Shown: positions 37,742 through 48,006, numbered from the stretch's first letter. The stretch is 64,000 nucleotides of DNA from a virus (IMGVR_UViG_3300044568_004391:64001-128000); one strand, 5' to 3'. Numbers and translations: made by a program. Notes: a model not told the origin generated them from the letters alone.

Positions 37742-38176
37742 ATGAATAAATTACTGATCCTATTGTCATTTTGTTTTATGATTGCCGCTTGTGCTTCCAA
37801 GATTGAAGATGGTAAGCTTTGTGTTAAAACCATTGATGGTTATGGTGAAGAGGCTGAAGTTGAATTTTGGGTTGAGGAAATCCTTGTAAATGAAATCCGT
37901 ATCTCTGAAGATGTTCTCAAAACAATCGGAGAAACTGCTTGTCGTTATTCTGATTGGAATATTCAGGACAAGAACTATTTCTACATTGACAACAACCGAA
38001 TCAATATGATTGTCTTCAACGAAGAGAAAAATAACATTCACGTTTGGACTCACGTTGTTAAAACCAACTCAGATGGTTCTCAGAGTTTCATTACAAACTC
38101 ATTTGACTTTGATTTGAACGGAAATATTCTTTTGGATGATGACGGTGACATCAAAGTTTATTCGTATGAATACTAA
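37742..38176 (+). CDS. lipoprotein
   Basis: Lipobox IAAC; TATCTTTG at 37730. Confidence 0.65.
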   Translation: MNKLLILLSFCFMIAACASKIEDGKLCVKTIDGYGEEAEVEFWVEEILVNEIRISEDVLKTIGETACRYSDWNIQDKNYFYIDNNRINMIVFNEEKNNIHVWTHVVKTNSDGSQSFITNSFDFDLNGNILLDDDGDIKVYSYEY

Positions 38177-38218
38177 ACTCAAATATTTATATCAAGAGAC
38201 CAATTCTCTTCTTAAATT

Positions 38219-38686
38219 TTGATTCAATATATACTAAAATTCGGTTTATCGGCGATGGGGATTATCTATCCACTACTTATGTGGTGGTGGATTGGTCCCC
38301 AAACTTCTATTTCTGCTTATTTTTTGACACAGGCTCAGTTTTTATTCCTACTTTTTAACGCTGGAACTTCATTTTACTTCGCAAATACCAAAAATTGGTT
38401 GATGTCAGGTGTATTTTTGTTACTTCTGTCTTGTTTTTCCATCCAATATTATCAAACTATTCACAATATTTTTGCAATTTCCTTCTTTATTACCTCTGTC
38501 ATCTCCATTTTGAGGTCGAAAAGGTATAAATGGGTGGTTTTTGGTGTAATTTCGGGTCTTTTTGGTCTTTTTCACTCTATTTTCCTTGCGGAATACATCG
38601 CAGTGGTCTTTATTTCCCTGTTTCACATCCTGATTTTGAGAGATCTTTACAAATTTGAGTTCAGAAAACACAAATTTATATCCTGA
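38219..38686 (+). CDS. multi-pass membrane protein
   Basis: Five to six hydrophobic segments; start uncertain. Confidence 0.6.
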   Translation: MIQYILKFGLSAMGIIYPLLMWWWIGPQTSISAYFLTQAQFLFLLFNAGTSFYFANTKNWLMSGVFLLLLSCFSIQYYQTIHNIFAISFFITSVISILRSKRYKWVVFGVISGLFGLFHSIFLAEYIAVVFISLFHILILRDLYKFEFRKHKFIS

Positions 38687-38708
38687 TATTTATTTTTAAA
38701 CAAATATT

Positions 38709-38846
38709 ATGGGAAGAGCAAGAAAAAAACTCAAAAAAGCACCAAGTAGGTCAAAAATTGTCAAATTATCAAAAAGAATGACCTTAAATTTGGAAATTAT
38801 CCGACAAATCGAACGAGATTTAATTCAAAATCAAAAATCGGAGTAA
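38709..38846 (+). CDS. small basic protein (45 aa, not in ORF track)
   Basis: MGRARKKLKKAPSRSKIVKLSKRM..; TATTTAT at 38687. Confidence 0.55.
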   Translation: MGRARKKLKKAPSRSKIVKLSKRMTLNLEIIRQIERDLIQNQKSE

Positions 38847-38889
38847 TTTTTTTGGAAAGTAGGGTTATTTTTTGTAAATTTACTCTACC

Positions 38890-39030
38890 ATGAAACTAAT
38901 CCTCATTATCCTCATTCTGATGCTCCTTTTTGGAGGTTTCAAATCTGTTTTTAACCTTGTAAAAGGGGTTATGAAGTTCATTTGGATCGCAATTCTTATT
39001 ATTTTTTTACTTATTCTAATTGGTTCTTGA
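38890..39030 (+). CDS. small two-TM protein (46 aa, not in ORF track)
   Basis: MKLILIILILMLLFGGFKSVFNLVKGVMKFIWIAILIIFLLILIGS. Confidence 0.55.
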   Translation: MKLILIILILMLLFGGFKSVFNLVKGVMKFIWIAILIIFLLILIGS

Positions 39031-39053
39031 TATTTATATAAAAAAGGGCAAAG

Positions 39054-39305
39054 ATGAAACTTTCAGGTATGAAACATCTAGTGGAAGAGTATGGGTCAAG
39101 TCTAGTAGAAACTGAAGTGACCTTCGACGAGTTGAAATTGACCGCAAAATTAATCAGAGAATACTTAAAACTAACTCCAACACAACATATTGATTATGCG
39201 TCAGATGATGACAACTATCTATCGTTAATCATCCAACAATATGGTATAGGAAACTACGAAGAAGCAAAAAGGGATTTGGATGAGTTCAGTGTATTGTTTA
39301 ATTAA
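39054..39305 (+). CDS. hypothetical protein with short leader (..HLVEE)
   Basis: TATTTAT at 39031. Confidence 0.6.
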   Translation: MKLSGMKHLVEEYGSSLVETEVTFDELKLTAKLIREYLKLTPTQHIDYASDDDNYLSLIIQQYGIGNYEEAKRDLDEFSVLFN

Positions 39306-39337
39306 CCAATTTCATCATATTTATTAAGAAAATATTG

Positions 39338-39784
39338 ATGAAAAAGGTATTACATTTATCCCAAAACGAATTGAAGAATAAAATCAAATCTTTAATTCAA
39401 GAACAAGAGGAAACAGAGTCAAACGACTTTCCAACCATAGTTTCACAACTTTTGTTTTCTCAAACTCAAGTTCATATATTCCATCTTCAGACAAAATCCT
39501 TTGCGGAACACAATGCGTTACAGGATTACTATGATGGAATAGATGATTTGGTTGACACCTTAATAGAATCCTATCAGGGTGAGTTCGGCATTATTGAAAA
39601 TTACAAATCATTTAAGGTAGAATCTTATCAAGACACAGATCAGGTTCTTGCTTATTTCGATATGATCCTAAATTTAGTAAAAAAGGGAAGGGAAACCATT
39701 GAATCAACTCATCTTCAAAACATCATGGATGAGATTATTACCCTTGTTACGAAAACAATGTATAAACTGAAGTTCTTGAAATGA
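39338..39784 (+). CDS. ferritin/Dps-like protein (DUF5856-like) with leader
   Basis: HIFHLQT.SFAEH.AL..YY....DLVD.LIESYQG and YKLKFL. Confidence 0.75.
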   Translation: MKKVLHLSQNELKNKIKSLIQEQEETESNDFPTIVSQLLFSQTQVHIFHLQTKSFAEHNALQDYYDGIDDLVDTLIESYQGEFGIIENYKSFKVESYQDTDQVLAYFDMILNLVKKGRETIESTHLQNIMDEIITLVTKTMYKLKFLK

Positions 39785-39788
39785 ACAG

Positions 39789-39815
39789 AAAAACCCCTCT
39801 TTGATGAGGGGTTTT
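39789..39815 (+). terminator. intrinsic terminator
   Basis: aaaacccctc-tttgat-gaggggtttt. Confidence 0.8.
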
Positions 39816-39882
39816 AATTTTATTGTGTATTTATTTATATCAAATTATTTTAATGATCGGTTTAATCAAAAATTTCTTCTAA

Positions 39883-40302
39883 ATGAAATTCAAAAAAAAA
39901 GATATAAAATATTTTTTGGATCTCTATAAAAAGATGGGTGTACCCAAAGTGGATGCTGAAGACAATTTGAAAAAACTTATGAGGTGGGTGGAAAACCTAC
40001 CAAAGAAAATTATTCTTTACAGAATCATATTTGTCAATTCCGAAGATGAAATTATCCGTGATATACCGGGTTCACACTACATGATGGATAAAGAACATCT
40101 TATAGATACACATTATATTAACATTAAAAATTCACCTCAAGGTAGTGAGTGTTATCTTTTAACTGTAGAAGCAGACAAGAAGATGATTGATCAATTCCAA
40201 ACAATAGCGACAAATATTGTTTACCCAACTGAAAAAGAAATCACCCTAAAAAATAAAGGAGAGGGGATAAACTATATAGAACACAAAAAAATCAATGAGT
40301 AA
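39883..40302 (+). CDS. hypothetical protein
   Basis: ORF; TATTTAT at 39828. Confidence 0.6.
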   Translation: MKFKKKDIKYFLDLYKKMGVPKVDAEDNLKKLMRWVENLPKKIILYRIIFVNSEDEIIRDIPGSHYMMDKEHLIDTHYINIKNSPQGSECYLLTVEADKKMIDQFQTIATNIVYPTEKEITLKNKGEGINYIEHKKINE

Positions 40303-40645
40303 AAAATTAAATTTATCTGATAAGGAAATTCAGGAAATCAGAAAGAAACACGAAACCGAAAGAAACAACCACGAGTTTTTCAGTAAGAAGGTGTTTGAAC
40401 CTAAGAAGAAACTTGATGAACAGTCGGTGGGATCGGTTGCGTCTTCAGGTGTATCCAAATCCAAAGGTGTTGAAGAGTCAGACGGAACCATAAGTTTCAG
40501 TGCTGAATCACCACAAAGAGAAATTGCCGCTAAAATAGCATTGAATAATGCAACTGTAGAAGGGTATAGATTACCATCAAAACCCAGTAAGGTTGAATCT
40601 ACCGATAAAGGGTATAAAGTTACATATTATTTTAATAAGTTATGA
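40295..40645 (+). CDS. leader-bearing hypothetical protein
   Basis: MSKKLNLSDKEIQEIRKKH..KLDE. Confidence 0.65.
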   Translation: MSKKLNLSDKEIQEIRKKHETERNNHEFFSKKVFEPKKKLDEQSVGSVASSGVSKSKGVEESDGTISFSAESPQREIAAKIALNNATVEGYRLPSKPSKVESTDKGYKVTYYFNKL

Positions 40646-40722
40646 AAAAGAAAATCTGTCAATTTATCTCAAAGATAACTTTTGGAAAAGTTTGTCTTGG
40701 TTGGTGTAAGATTTAAGAAATG

Positions 40723-40749
40723 AAAAACCCCTCCGATTGGAGGGGTTTT
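40723..40749. terminator. bidirectional intrinsic terminator
   Basis: aaaacccctcc-gatt-ggaggggtttt. Confidence 0.8.
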
Positions 40750-40787
40750 GTTTTATTATTGAAACAATAACTATTGGTTTTGTTTCA

Positions 40788-41633
40788 TTAAACGAACAAT
40801 ACCTCTTCTTCCTTATGTTTTTCTTGTTGAAGAAGTTCATAAGCTCTTGCAAGTCTGGTCATACCGATTCCACCTCCGAATCTTGGGAAGAAGTTATGGG
40901 ATAGGAATTCTTCAAGTTCTTTCTCCACTCTTTCTTGTCCGAACAATTCAAATAGTTTTTCACAATATCTTCCATCTTCAATTGAATAGAACATTTCTCT
41001 CATACCTTCAACATCACAAGATCTTTCAGCCGATCCAATTGTTTCTTGACCATAAAGGATGACATCAACCTTGTTGAAGATCTCACCTTCTCTGTGTTTC
41101 ATATTCCAAAATGGATTTGTTCTTCTTGGGAATAGTTCAAGAGAAACCACAGATCCTTTCTCTTGCCACATTCTTGTTTCATCTTCGTGTTCAATGATTG
41201 AAATACCACCATATTCTTCACATACTGAATCGTATGTCTCACGGATGGGTTGATCAAACCCAAGATATTCCAAAAGTTCTGCTTCCAATTGGATCATATC
41301 TTCAATAGTTCCTTTTGACTCAAACTCAAACATGGGAAAAATTAGAGAGTGTCTACCTTCAATAGGGGTTTTCTCTTCACGATAAGAAGTTGAAATACAG
41401 AATACCCCATCCCACTCAGGGTTTTTAAGAAGTTCATATTCCAACCACATCTGTCCTGTTTGTGGTAAGGGCCATTGTTCCCCACAGTATTCAAAGGTTT
41501 TTACCGAATGAGGATTTTCACATGCCGCAAGAATTGACAAACGGGATTGAACTGGAACTTCAACAAAGTTTTTGTTTAGGAAAAATGTTCTCATCTTTTG
41601 AACAAGTTCGTTGTAGGTTTTTGTGTTTTTCAT
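40788..41633 (-). CDS. class II aaRS catalytic-domain-only protein (AsnRS/AspRS paralog; asparagine synthetase A-like)
   Basis: Motif 2 SYREE..RH..FPMFEFE, GQETIGSAER and motif 3 GGGIGMTRL; no anticodon-binding OB fold. Confidence 0.75.
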   Translation of the reverse strand: MKNTKTYNELVQKMRTFFLNKNFVEVPVQSRLSILAACENPHSVKTFEYCGEQWPLPQTGQMWLEYELLKNPEWDGVFCISTSYREEKTPIEGRHSLIFPMFEFESKGTIEDMIQLEAELLEYLGFDQPIRETYDSVCEEYGGISIIEHEDETRMWQEKGSVVSLELFPRRTNPFWNMKHREGEIFNKVDVILYGQETIGSAERSCDVEGMREMFYSIEDGRYCEKLFELFGQERVEKELEEFLSHNFFPRFGGGIGMTRLARAYELLQQEKHKEEEVLFV

Positions 41634-41679
41634 TTTTTTGTTTTTTTATTTGTTTATGTTTATTTGTTCATTATTGGGC

Positions 41680-41707
41680 AAAAAAAATCCCTCAATAAAG
41701 AGGGAAT
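41680..41707 (-). terminator. terminator between promoter and aaRS-like gene
   Basis: Minus strand tccctc-tttatt-gaggga plus T8. Confidence 0.7.
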
Positions 41708-41849
41708 GATTTTTTTGGTTTTATTTTTGTAATATTTGGATGTCCGTGACTCATGATTTTCTTAAAATTTTTAATAAATATATCTGAAATAAACAAAGTA
41801 TCAAGTTTTTTAAAAAAAAAATTATTATACTTATAAAAAAAGAAATACA

Positions 41850-42593
41850 ATGAAAAACATTATACCATTTATCCTGTTTTTATTATTTATACCGATGATT
41901 TCTCTTTCTCAGAGTGAATCAGACCAGAAGAGACAAAGACGAGTTGAACGATATCAAAGACCTGTACCTACACCTGATGTAGTTGTCGTCCCAAATCCAT
42001 ATATCTCACCCTACTATAATCCATATGTCCCATATTATTACAACAGATATACACCTTATACTCCTTATTACGGATTACCTGTTGCCACACCCACAAGGTT
42101 GTTTAATAGACCCGTATTTTCAATGGGGGTTCTTTCCACCATCGGAACTGATCCTTCCCTCCCAACCTTTGGTGTATATGGAACGGTTGGATCGGAGAAT
42201 GTGTTTTTTAAAATGTCTTATGAAGGAAGCAGAGTTTCCAATATTGAACATTATAACAATATCACCTTAAACGATGTTTATTCTTGGAACGATCAATCAA
42301 GAGGCGAGTTTGAAAGATATTCGGCGTTGTTTGTTGGGATGGGTGGGAAGTTAACACCCTCCATTTATCCATTTTTGGGGGCAAATTTCTACTTTCAAGA
42401 GCAAGACCTGATATTCTACGATGAACTACATATCTTGTCAAATGACGGGGAATATTCAATCAATGGGATTGATAAAAATGGTCTTAATGTGAGAGGTGGG
42501 ATTATGTTCAGAAAAAATAATTTTGAAGCAGGAACAAATATTACTTTGTTGAACCCCGCAAGATTTGGTGCCAATATAGGATTAAATTTTTGA
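41850..42593 (+). CDS. putative outer-membrane beta-barrel protein
   Basis: Signal peptide, Pro/Tyr-rich N-region, alternating beta strands, C-terminal ANIGLNF. Confidence 0.65.
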   Translation: MKNIIPFILFLLFIPMISLSQSESDQKRQRRVERYQRPVPTPDVVVVPNPYISPYYNPYVPYYYNRYTPYTPYYGLPVATPTRLFNRPVFSMGVLSTIGTDPSLPTFGVYGTVGSENVFFKMSYEGSRVSNIEHYNNITLNDVYSWNDQSRGEFERYSALFVGMGGKLTPSIYPFLGANFYFQEQDLIFYDELHILSNDGEYSINGIDKNGLNVRGGIMFRKNNFEAGTNITLLNPARFGANIGLNF

Positions 42594-42646
42594 TATGGTT
42601 TGATTTTTAAAAACCATTTCGTATTTTTTCCATAAAGTTTTTGAAT

Positions 42647-43054
42647 ATGAATTTGATTCAATCTGAAGTTGGAAAAAGTCCCATTTTACCGGATCACGTT
42701 AAGAATTATTTGATTGATATTGACGGAACAATCACCGATGATGTTCCCAATGAAGAACCAGAAAGAATGGTGTCCTGTCTTCCCTTTGTGGATGCCGTTG
42801 AAACCATAAACAAATGGTTTGATGAAGGTCATATAATCACCTTTTTTACATCAAGAACTGAAGAACATAGAAAAATCACAGAAGAATGGTTGATAAAACA
42901 CAACATCAATTACCATAATCTTCTTATGAATAAACCCAGAGGTGGAAACTATCATTGGATTGATAATCATATTGTTAGAGCAACAAGATATGATGGTGTT
43001 TGGGGTGATTTGATAAAAAAGAAAGTTGACATAGAAGTTTTTGAAGAAAAATGA
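42647..43054 (+). CDS. HAD-superfamily phosphatase
   Basis: IDIDGT, FTSR and MNKPRG motifs. Confidence 0.8.
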   Translation: MNLIQSEVGKSPILPDHVKNYLIDIDGTITDDVPNEEPERMVSCLPFVDAVETINKWFDEGHIITFFTSRTEEHRKITEEWLIKHNINYHNLLMNKPRGGNYHWIDNHIVRATRYDGVWGDLIKKKVDIEVFEEK

Positions 43055-44442
43055 TTACAGTAGGATTTTCAACAAGAAAGATTAATCCCACCTTTGTTGA
43101 GTATATAAAAAATACAATCGGTCCAAAAAATGTTGAGATAATTCCCATTGAAAACGATGGGGTTTATTCTTTAACACAAGCTTACAATATGATTTTGGAT
43201 CAAGCATCCAATGATATTGTTATATTGTGTCATGATGACATTTATTTTGAAAAAACTTACTGGGGAAAAAGGTTATTGGACCACTTCAACAAAAATCCTG
43301 AATATGGGATCTTGGGTGTTGCCGGAACAACTTACTATCCGAAGTCAGGAAGATGGTGGGACATTCAAGGAGAAATGGTTGGTCAAGTTTATCACGAACA
43401 TCAAGGGAAAAAATGGCTTTCCCAATATAACAAACCATTTGGTTCTAAAATAATCGATACTGTAATTGTGGATGGATTATTTTTGGGTGTAAAAAAATCC
43501 AACATAAAGAAAAAGTTTAATGAAGAAGTTCAGGGATTTCATTTCTATGATACAACTTTTTGTCTTGAAAATTTCTTGGAAGGTGTAAAAGTTGGAACTA
43601 TATCTAACATTGAAATTACACACAAATCAATAGGTATGACTAATCAAGAATGGGAAAGAAACAGACAATTATTCGTCAAAAAATTTGAAGATAATTTACC
43701 AATCAAATTAAAATCTCAATATCCAAAGATTGAACTTGACACCACCAAACCTATTGTTTCAGTTATAATTCCAATCTACAATTATGGAATTCAATTTGAA
43801 AAGACATTGAATTCGGTATACGATTCAACATATAAAAATGTAGAAATCATTATTGTTAATGACGGATCCACAGATCAATATGTGTTAGAAAAACTAAAAT
43901 CTTTGTCTGATATACCAAATATCAAAATTATCAATCAAGAAAATAAGGGTCCCTCGGCTGCGAGAAATAGAGGTGTACAAGAATCAAAAGGTGACTATAT
44001 TTTACCTTTGGACGCTGATGACATGATAAAACCGGAATACATTGAATCTTGTTTAAGAATTCTCAAGAAGAATCCAAATGTGAGTCCTGTATATTGTGAT
44101 ACTCATCATATAGGTGAAATGCAAGGAATTGAAAAAAGACCCGAATGGAGCGAGGAAAGATTAATTCAGGGACCTTTTATTGTTAATTGTTCCATGTTCC
44201 ACCGAAAAGCTTTTGAGGATTGTGAAGGTTTCGATGAGGCATTGAAAGGTTGGGAAGATTATCATTTTTGGCTAAAAATGATGAAAAAAGGATATAAGGG
44301 TGTTAGAATACCAAAACCTTTGTTTGTTTATTTTCATCACGAAAAGGATGGTACTATCTCAACTGAGGCTAATGTAAATCAACAAGTTTTATATCAACAA
44401 ATAATGGAAAAAATTAATAATTTTTCAAATCATGAAAATTAA
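43051..44442 (+). CDS. two-domain glycosyltransferase (GT2-like + GT2)
   Basis: LCHDD..FHFYD; VSVIIPIYN, VNDGSTD, ARNRG, LDADD and WED motifs. Confidence 0.85.
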   Translation: MITVGFSTRKINPTFVEYIKNTIGPKNVEIIPIENDGVYSLTQAYNMILDQASNDIVILCHDDIYFEKTYWGKRLLDHFNKNPEYGILGVAGTTYYPKSGRWWDIQGEMVGQVYHEHQGKKWLSQYNKPFGSKIIDTVIVDGLFLGVKKSNIKKKFNEEVQGFHFYDTTFCLENFLEGVKVGTISNIEITHKSIGMTNQEWERNRQLFVKKFEDNLPIKLKSQYPKIELDTTKPIVSVIIPIYNYGIQFEKTLNSVYDSTYKNVEIIIVNDGSTDQYVLEKLKSLSDIPNIKIINQENKGPSAARNRGVQESKGDYILPLDADDMIKPEYIESCLRILKKNPNVSPVYCDTHHIGEMQGIEKRPEWSEERLIQGPFIVNCSMFHRKAFEDCEGFDEALKGWEDYHFWLKMMKKGYKGVRIPKPLFVYFHHEKDGTISTEANVNQQVLYQQIMEKINNFSNHEN

Positions 44443-45166
44443 AATTGTAAGTACTTTTTGGAATTGTAGTCAATATATAGAAGATTGTATACTGTCAGTT
44501 AAGAACCAAACATTCAAGGATTTTGAAATGTTTTTAATTGACGATATGTCACAGGATGATACAGTTGAAAAAATTAAAAAAGTCATAAAAAACGATTCGA
44601 GATTTCATCTCATAGTCAATGAAGAAAAAAAGTATAAATTAAAAAATATGGATGATTTAATTACGGATGAGTCTTTTTTTGACGATGATGATGTGATTGT
44701 AGAGTTAGATGGTGATGATAAGTTATATGATTCATATGTTATTGAAAAAATCAATAACAAGTATTTGAATAATAAAAATTTATGGATTACAAATGGCAGT
44801 TTTATTTTTTCAGATGGAAATCCAGGATTCTCATCCAAAGTAAATCCATTCACCATAAGAAAAGATATTTTTAGATTTTCTCACCTGAGAACATGGAAAG
44901 CTCACTTGTGGCGTTCCATCGATGAAGAATCTTTTATCGGTCCTGACAATGAATATTTTAAGTCAGCACCTGATGTTGCGTATTCTTTCCCAATGGTTGA
45001 AATGGCTGGTTTAAGGCACTACGAATACATACCTGATATAATGTATGTATATAACGCTTCAAGTCCATTCAATGAGAATAAACCCAAAAGTTCTATGGGA
45101 GGTTTAAATGACGTAATAAAAAACGAACATTTCATTAGAAAAATGAAATCATATAATCCTATATAA
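44432..45166 (+). CDS. glycosyltransferase family 2
   Basis: IDDMSQD, LDGDD and SHLRT motifs. Confidence 0.85.
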   Translation: MKIKIVSTFWNCSQYIEDCILSVKNQTFKDFEMFLIDDMSQDDTVEKIKKVIKNDSRFHLIVNEEKKYKLKNMDDLITDESFFDDDDVIVELDGDDKLYDSYVIEKINNKYLNNKNLWITNGSFIFSDGNPGFSSKVNPFTIRKDIFRFSHLRTWKAHLWRSIDEESFIGPDNEYFKSAPDVAYSFPMVEMAGLRHYEYIPDIMYVYNASSPFNENKPKSSMGGLNDVIKNEHFIRKMKSYNPI

Positions 45167-45168
45167 AA

Positions 45169-46002
45169 ATGATTAAAATTAACATGATTGGAGGCGGATT
45201 TCAACACGACATTTGCTCTTCAGCAATGAATACAAACAAATATGTTGAATGGGTCAAGGACCGATCCGCTAATATAAGCATTCATATAGATGATGCACTA
45301 AAGTCAGAGGTTGACCCAAAAAAAAAGAATTACGGTTGGTTTTCTGAATCGAGTGCTGTTATACCAAAAATTATTGAAGATGTTAAAAACAACATCACAA
45401 TTTATAAAGAAAAATATGAATTTATTTTTACACATGATAAGAGAATTGTTGACACAGATCCAACATTCTTTAAATTTACCCTCCCAAATGCACTACCTTG
45501 GATAAAAAATCAGGAAATTTATACTAAAAATAAAAATATTTCTTTTATTGTTTCTAGTAAAAACTTCACTTCGGGTCACAAGTATCGTTTAGATGTTTTG
45601 AAAAAACATGAAGGTAAAAACATAGAACATTTTGGAAAAGGTTTTCGGAATGAATTACCTTGGTCTATAATTTTCAATAATATAGAAGAAAACGGTAAAA
45701 TATTGGCGTTAAAGGACTTTAGATTTTCATTTGCATTTGAAAATGACAATTACCCATCAATTTTTTGTGAAAAAATAACAGATTGTTTTGCCACAGGTAC
45801 AATTCCTATATATTGGGGTACTCCGGATATTGGTGATTATTTTGACACAAATGGTATTATTTTTTATAATGATGATTTAAATATTGAGAATTTGAATGAA
45901 GACTTATATTATAGTAAAATGGATTCAGTTAGAAACAATTTTGATTTGATCAAAAATTTATTGAGTGCTGAAGATTATATTTATGAAAACTATTTGAAAT
46001 GA
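45169..46002 (+). CDS. GT10-like (alpha-1,3-fucosyltransferase-like) glycosyltransferase
   Basis: FRFSFAFEN..CEKITDCFATGTIPIYWG. Confidence 0.8.
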   Translation: MIKINMIGGGFQHDICSSAMNTNKYVEWVKDRSANISIHIDDALKSEVDPKKKNYGWFSESSAVIPKIIEDVKNNITIYKEKYEFIFTHDKRIVDTDPTFFKFTLPNALPWIKNQEIYTKNKNISFIVSSKNFTSGHKYRLDVLKKHEGKNIEHFGKGFRNELPWSIIFNNIEENGKILALKDFRFSFAFENDNYPSIFCEKITDCFATGTIPIYWGTPDIGDYFDTNGIIFYNDDLNIENLNEDLYYSKMDSVRNNFDLIKNLLSAEDYIYENYLK

Positions 46003-46832
46003 TATCGTGTAATTTTTTTGGAGGGTTGGGTAATAATTTATTTCAATTGGCAACAGTGATTGGTATTTCGGAAAAATACAAATTTGATCTATCAATACCA
46101 TCGAAAGTAAACAGAGGTAATATATCCATTTACGGTCAATCAGTTGATTTGGAATTTAATAATCTCTTTGAGAATGAATTTATTTACGACCGAATACCCA
46201 AAAACTTAAGAATATATACACATCCCGATTTAAATTTAAACAGAACTGATTATTCTTTTGTTGAACTACCAGTACAGGATAATACAATTTATCATGGGTA
46301 TTTTCAATCTGAAAAATATTTTTCAGGAGTAAACATCAAAGAAATTTTAAAATTAAAAAAAGAAAATATAGATTTAGTAAAAGACAAATTCAACTCTTTT
46401 TTCGATAGAAAAACAGTTTCATTACATTATAGATTGGGTGGAGATCGGGTTACAAATCACATGCAATACTATCATAAGAATGTTTCGGTTGACTATTACA
46501 AGACGTGTATAGACCAAATCAAAAAAGAAAGCTCTGAAGATTTTAATATATTAATTTTTACAGACAACATGAAAATGTGTAAAGAAAAACTATCAGAGAT
46601 TGATGAAAATTTTATATACATAGATAATGGGAACTCAAACATTTTAGATTTTACATTCATGAGTTTGTGTGACATTAACATTGTGGGAAACTCTACTTTT
46701 TCATGGTGGAGTGCATATCTGAATCAAAATGATAATAACACAGTTTTTGTTACTGAAAGTGAATGGTTTGGTCCCGGATATAAACATTTCAATTTGAAGG
46801 ACACCTTCCCCGAAAAATGGATAAGAATATAA
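45999..46832 (+). CDS. GT11 alpha-1,2-fucosyl/colitosyltransferase
   Basis: GGLGNNLFQ, GYFQSEKYF, LHYRLGGD and NSTFSWW motifs. Confidence 0.88.
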   Translation: MISCNFFGGLGNNLFQLATVIGISEKYKFDLSIPSKVNRGNISIYGQSVDLEFNNLFENEFIYDRIPKNLRIYTHPDLNLNRTDYSFVELPVQDNTIYHGYFQSEKYFSGVNIKEILKLKKENIDLVKDKFNSFFDRKTVSLHYRLGGDRVTNHMQYYHKNVSVDYYKTCIDQIKKESSEDFNILIFTDNMKMCKEKLSEIDENFIYIDNGNSNILDFTFMSLCDINIVGNSTFSWWSAYLNQNDNNTVFVTESEWFGPGYKHFNLKDTFPEKWIRI

Positions 46833-47923
46833 ATTTTTTTTCAACCACAATATCAAAGAAGGGTATAGATAATGTTGTAAAAGTGTTGGAATCAGGATTA
46901 ATTTCTGCAGGTAAAATCGCGGATCAGTTTGAAAATGAGTTATCAAAGTATGGATTTACAAATCCTGTAACCCTGAACAGTGGTACTGTAACAATGCATT
47001 TGGCGTTAATTGCGTCGGGTGTTAAAAAAGGAGATGAAGTTATAATCCCGGCTCAAACTTTTATTGCTACAGGACTTGCTGTTTTATATGTTGGTGCTGT
47101 TCCCGTTTTTGCGGATATTAATAGTTATGACGGTAATATTTCAGTAGAATCAATAAAAGATAAAATAACCGAAAAAACCAAAGCAATTATACCTGTTCAT
47201 TGGGGTGGATATCCTTGTAACATGGATGAAATAAACCAACTCGCTAAGAAATATAATCTATCGGTTATTGAGGATGCGGCACACGCATTTGGGTCTGAAT
47301 ATAAAGGAAAAAAAATAGGTTCAATATCAAGGTTCACTTCTTTTTCATTTCAAGCAATAAAACATTTAACAACTGGTGATGGTGGAGTTTTATGTTGTGA
47401 GAGTAAAAATGATTATGATTTAATTAAAAGATTAAGATGGTTTGATATTGATAGGGAAAATTCTAAGGTGGGTTTTTTAGGTGAGAGAGAGTATGATGCA
47501 ACAAATGTAGGTTTCAAATATCATATGAATGATTTATCTGCTAGTTTGGGTATAGGAAATTTAGAATTCATAAATGAAAGACTAAATAGAATAAAAGAAA
47601 TATCAAATTTTTATAATGAAAAACTAAAAGATATTCCTGGTTTAAAAAAAATGATCTATACCGATGATCGAAAATCATCATATTGGCTTTATCCTATATT
47701 AGTAGAAAGAAGGAATGATTTTATTAAAAAAATGAAAGAAAAAAACATACCAGTTTCAGTTGTTCATTTGGGTATTGATAAAAACACAATTTTTGGTGGT
47801 ATAAATAATGATTTGATTAATCAAAGATTTTTTGATAATAACCAAATACATCTACCAATTAACGATCAACTTAGTGATGATCAAATAGACTACATAATTA
47901 ACTCAGTCACATCAGGGTGGTAA
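46817..47923 (+). CDS. DegT/DnrJ/EryC1/StrS sugar aminotransferase
   Basis: IEDAAHA and FSFQAIKHLTTGDGG (PLP lysine present). Confidence 0.9.
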   Translation: MDKNINFFSTTISKKGIDNVVKVLESGLISAGKIADQFENELSKYGFTNPVTLNSGTVTMHLALIASGVKKGDEVIIPAQTFIATGLAVLYVGAVPVFADINSYDGNISVESIKDKITEKTKAIIPVHWGGYPCNMDEINQLAKKYNLSVIEDAAHAFGSEYKGKKIGSISRFTSFSFQAIKHLTTGDGGVLCCESKNDYDLIKRLRWFDIDRENSKVGFLGEREYDATNVGFKYHMNDLSASLGIGNLEFINERLNRIKEISNFYNEKLKDIPGLKKMIYTDDRKSSYWLYPILVERRNDFIKKMKEKNIPVSVVHLGIDKNTIFGGINNDLINQRFFDNNQIHLPINDQLSDDQIDYIINSVTSGW

Positions 47924-48006
47924 ACAATATTACTATTTATATTCTAAAATTTTAGAATATAATGTTATGAATTACTTGGTTAAATAAATTCTATAAGATA
48001 AAAAAA

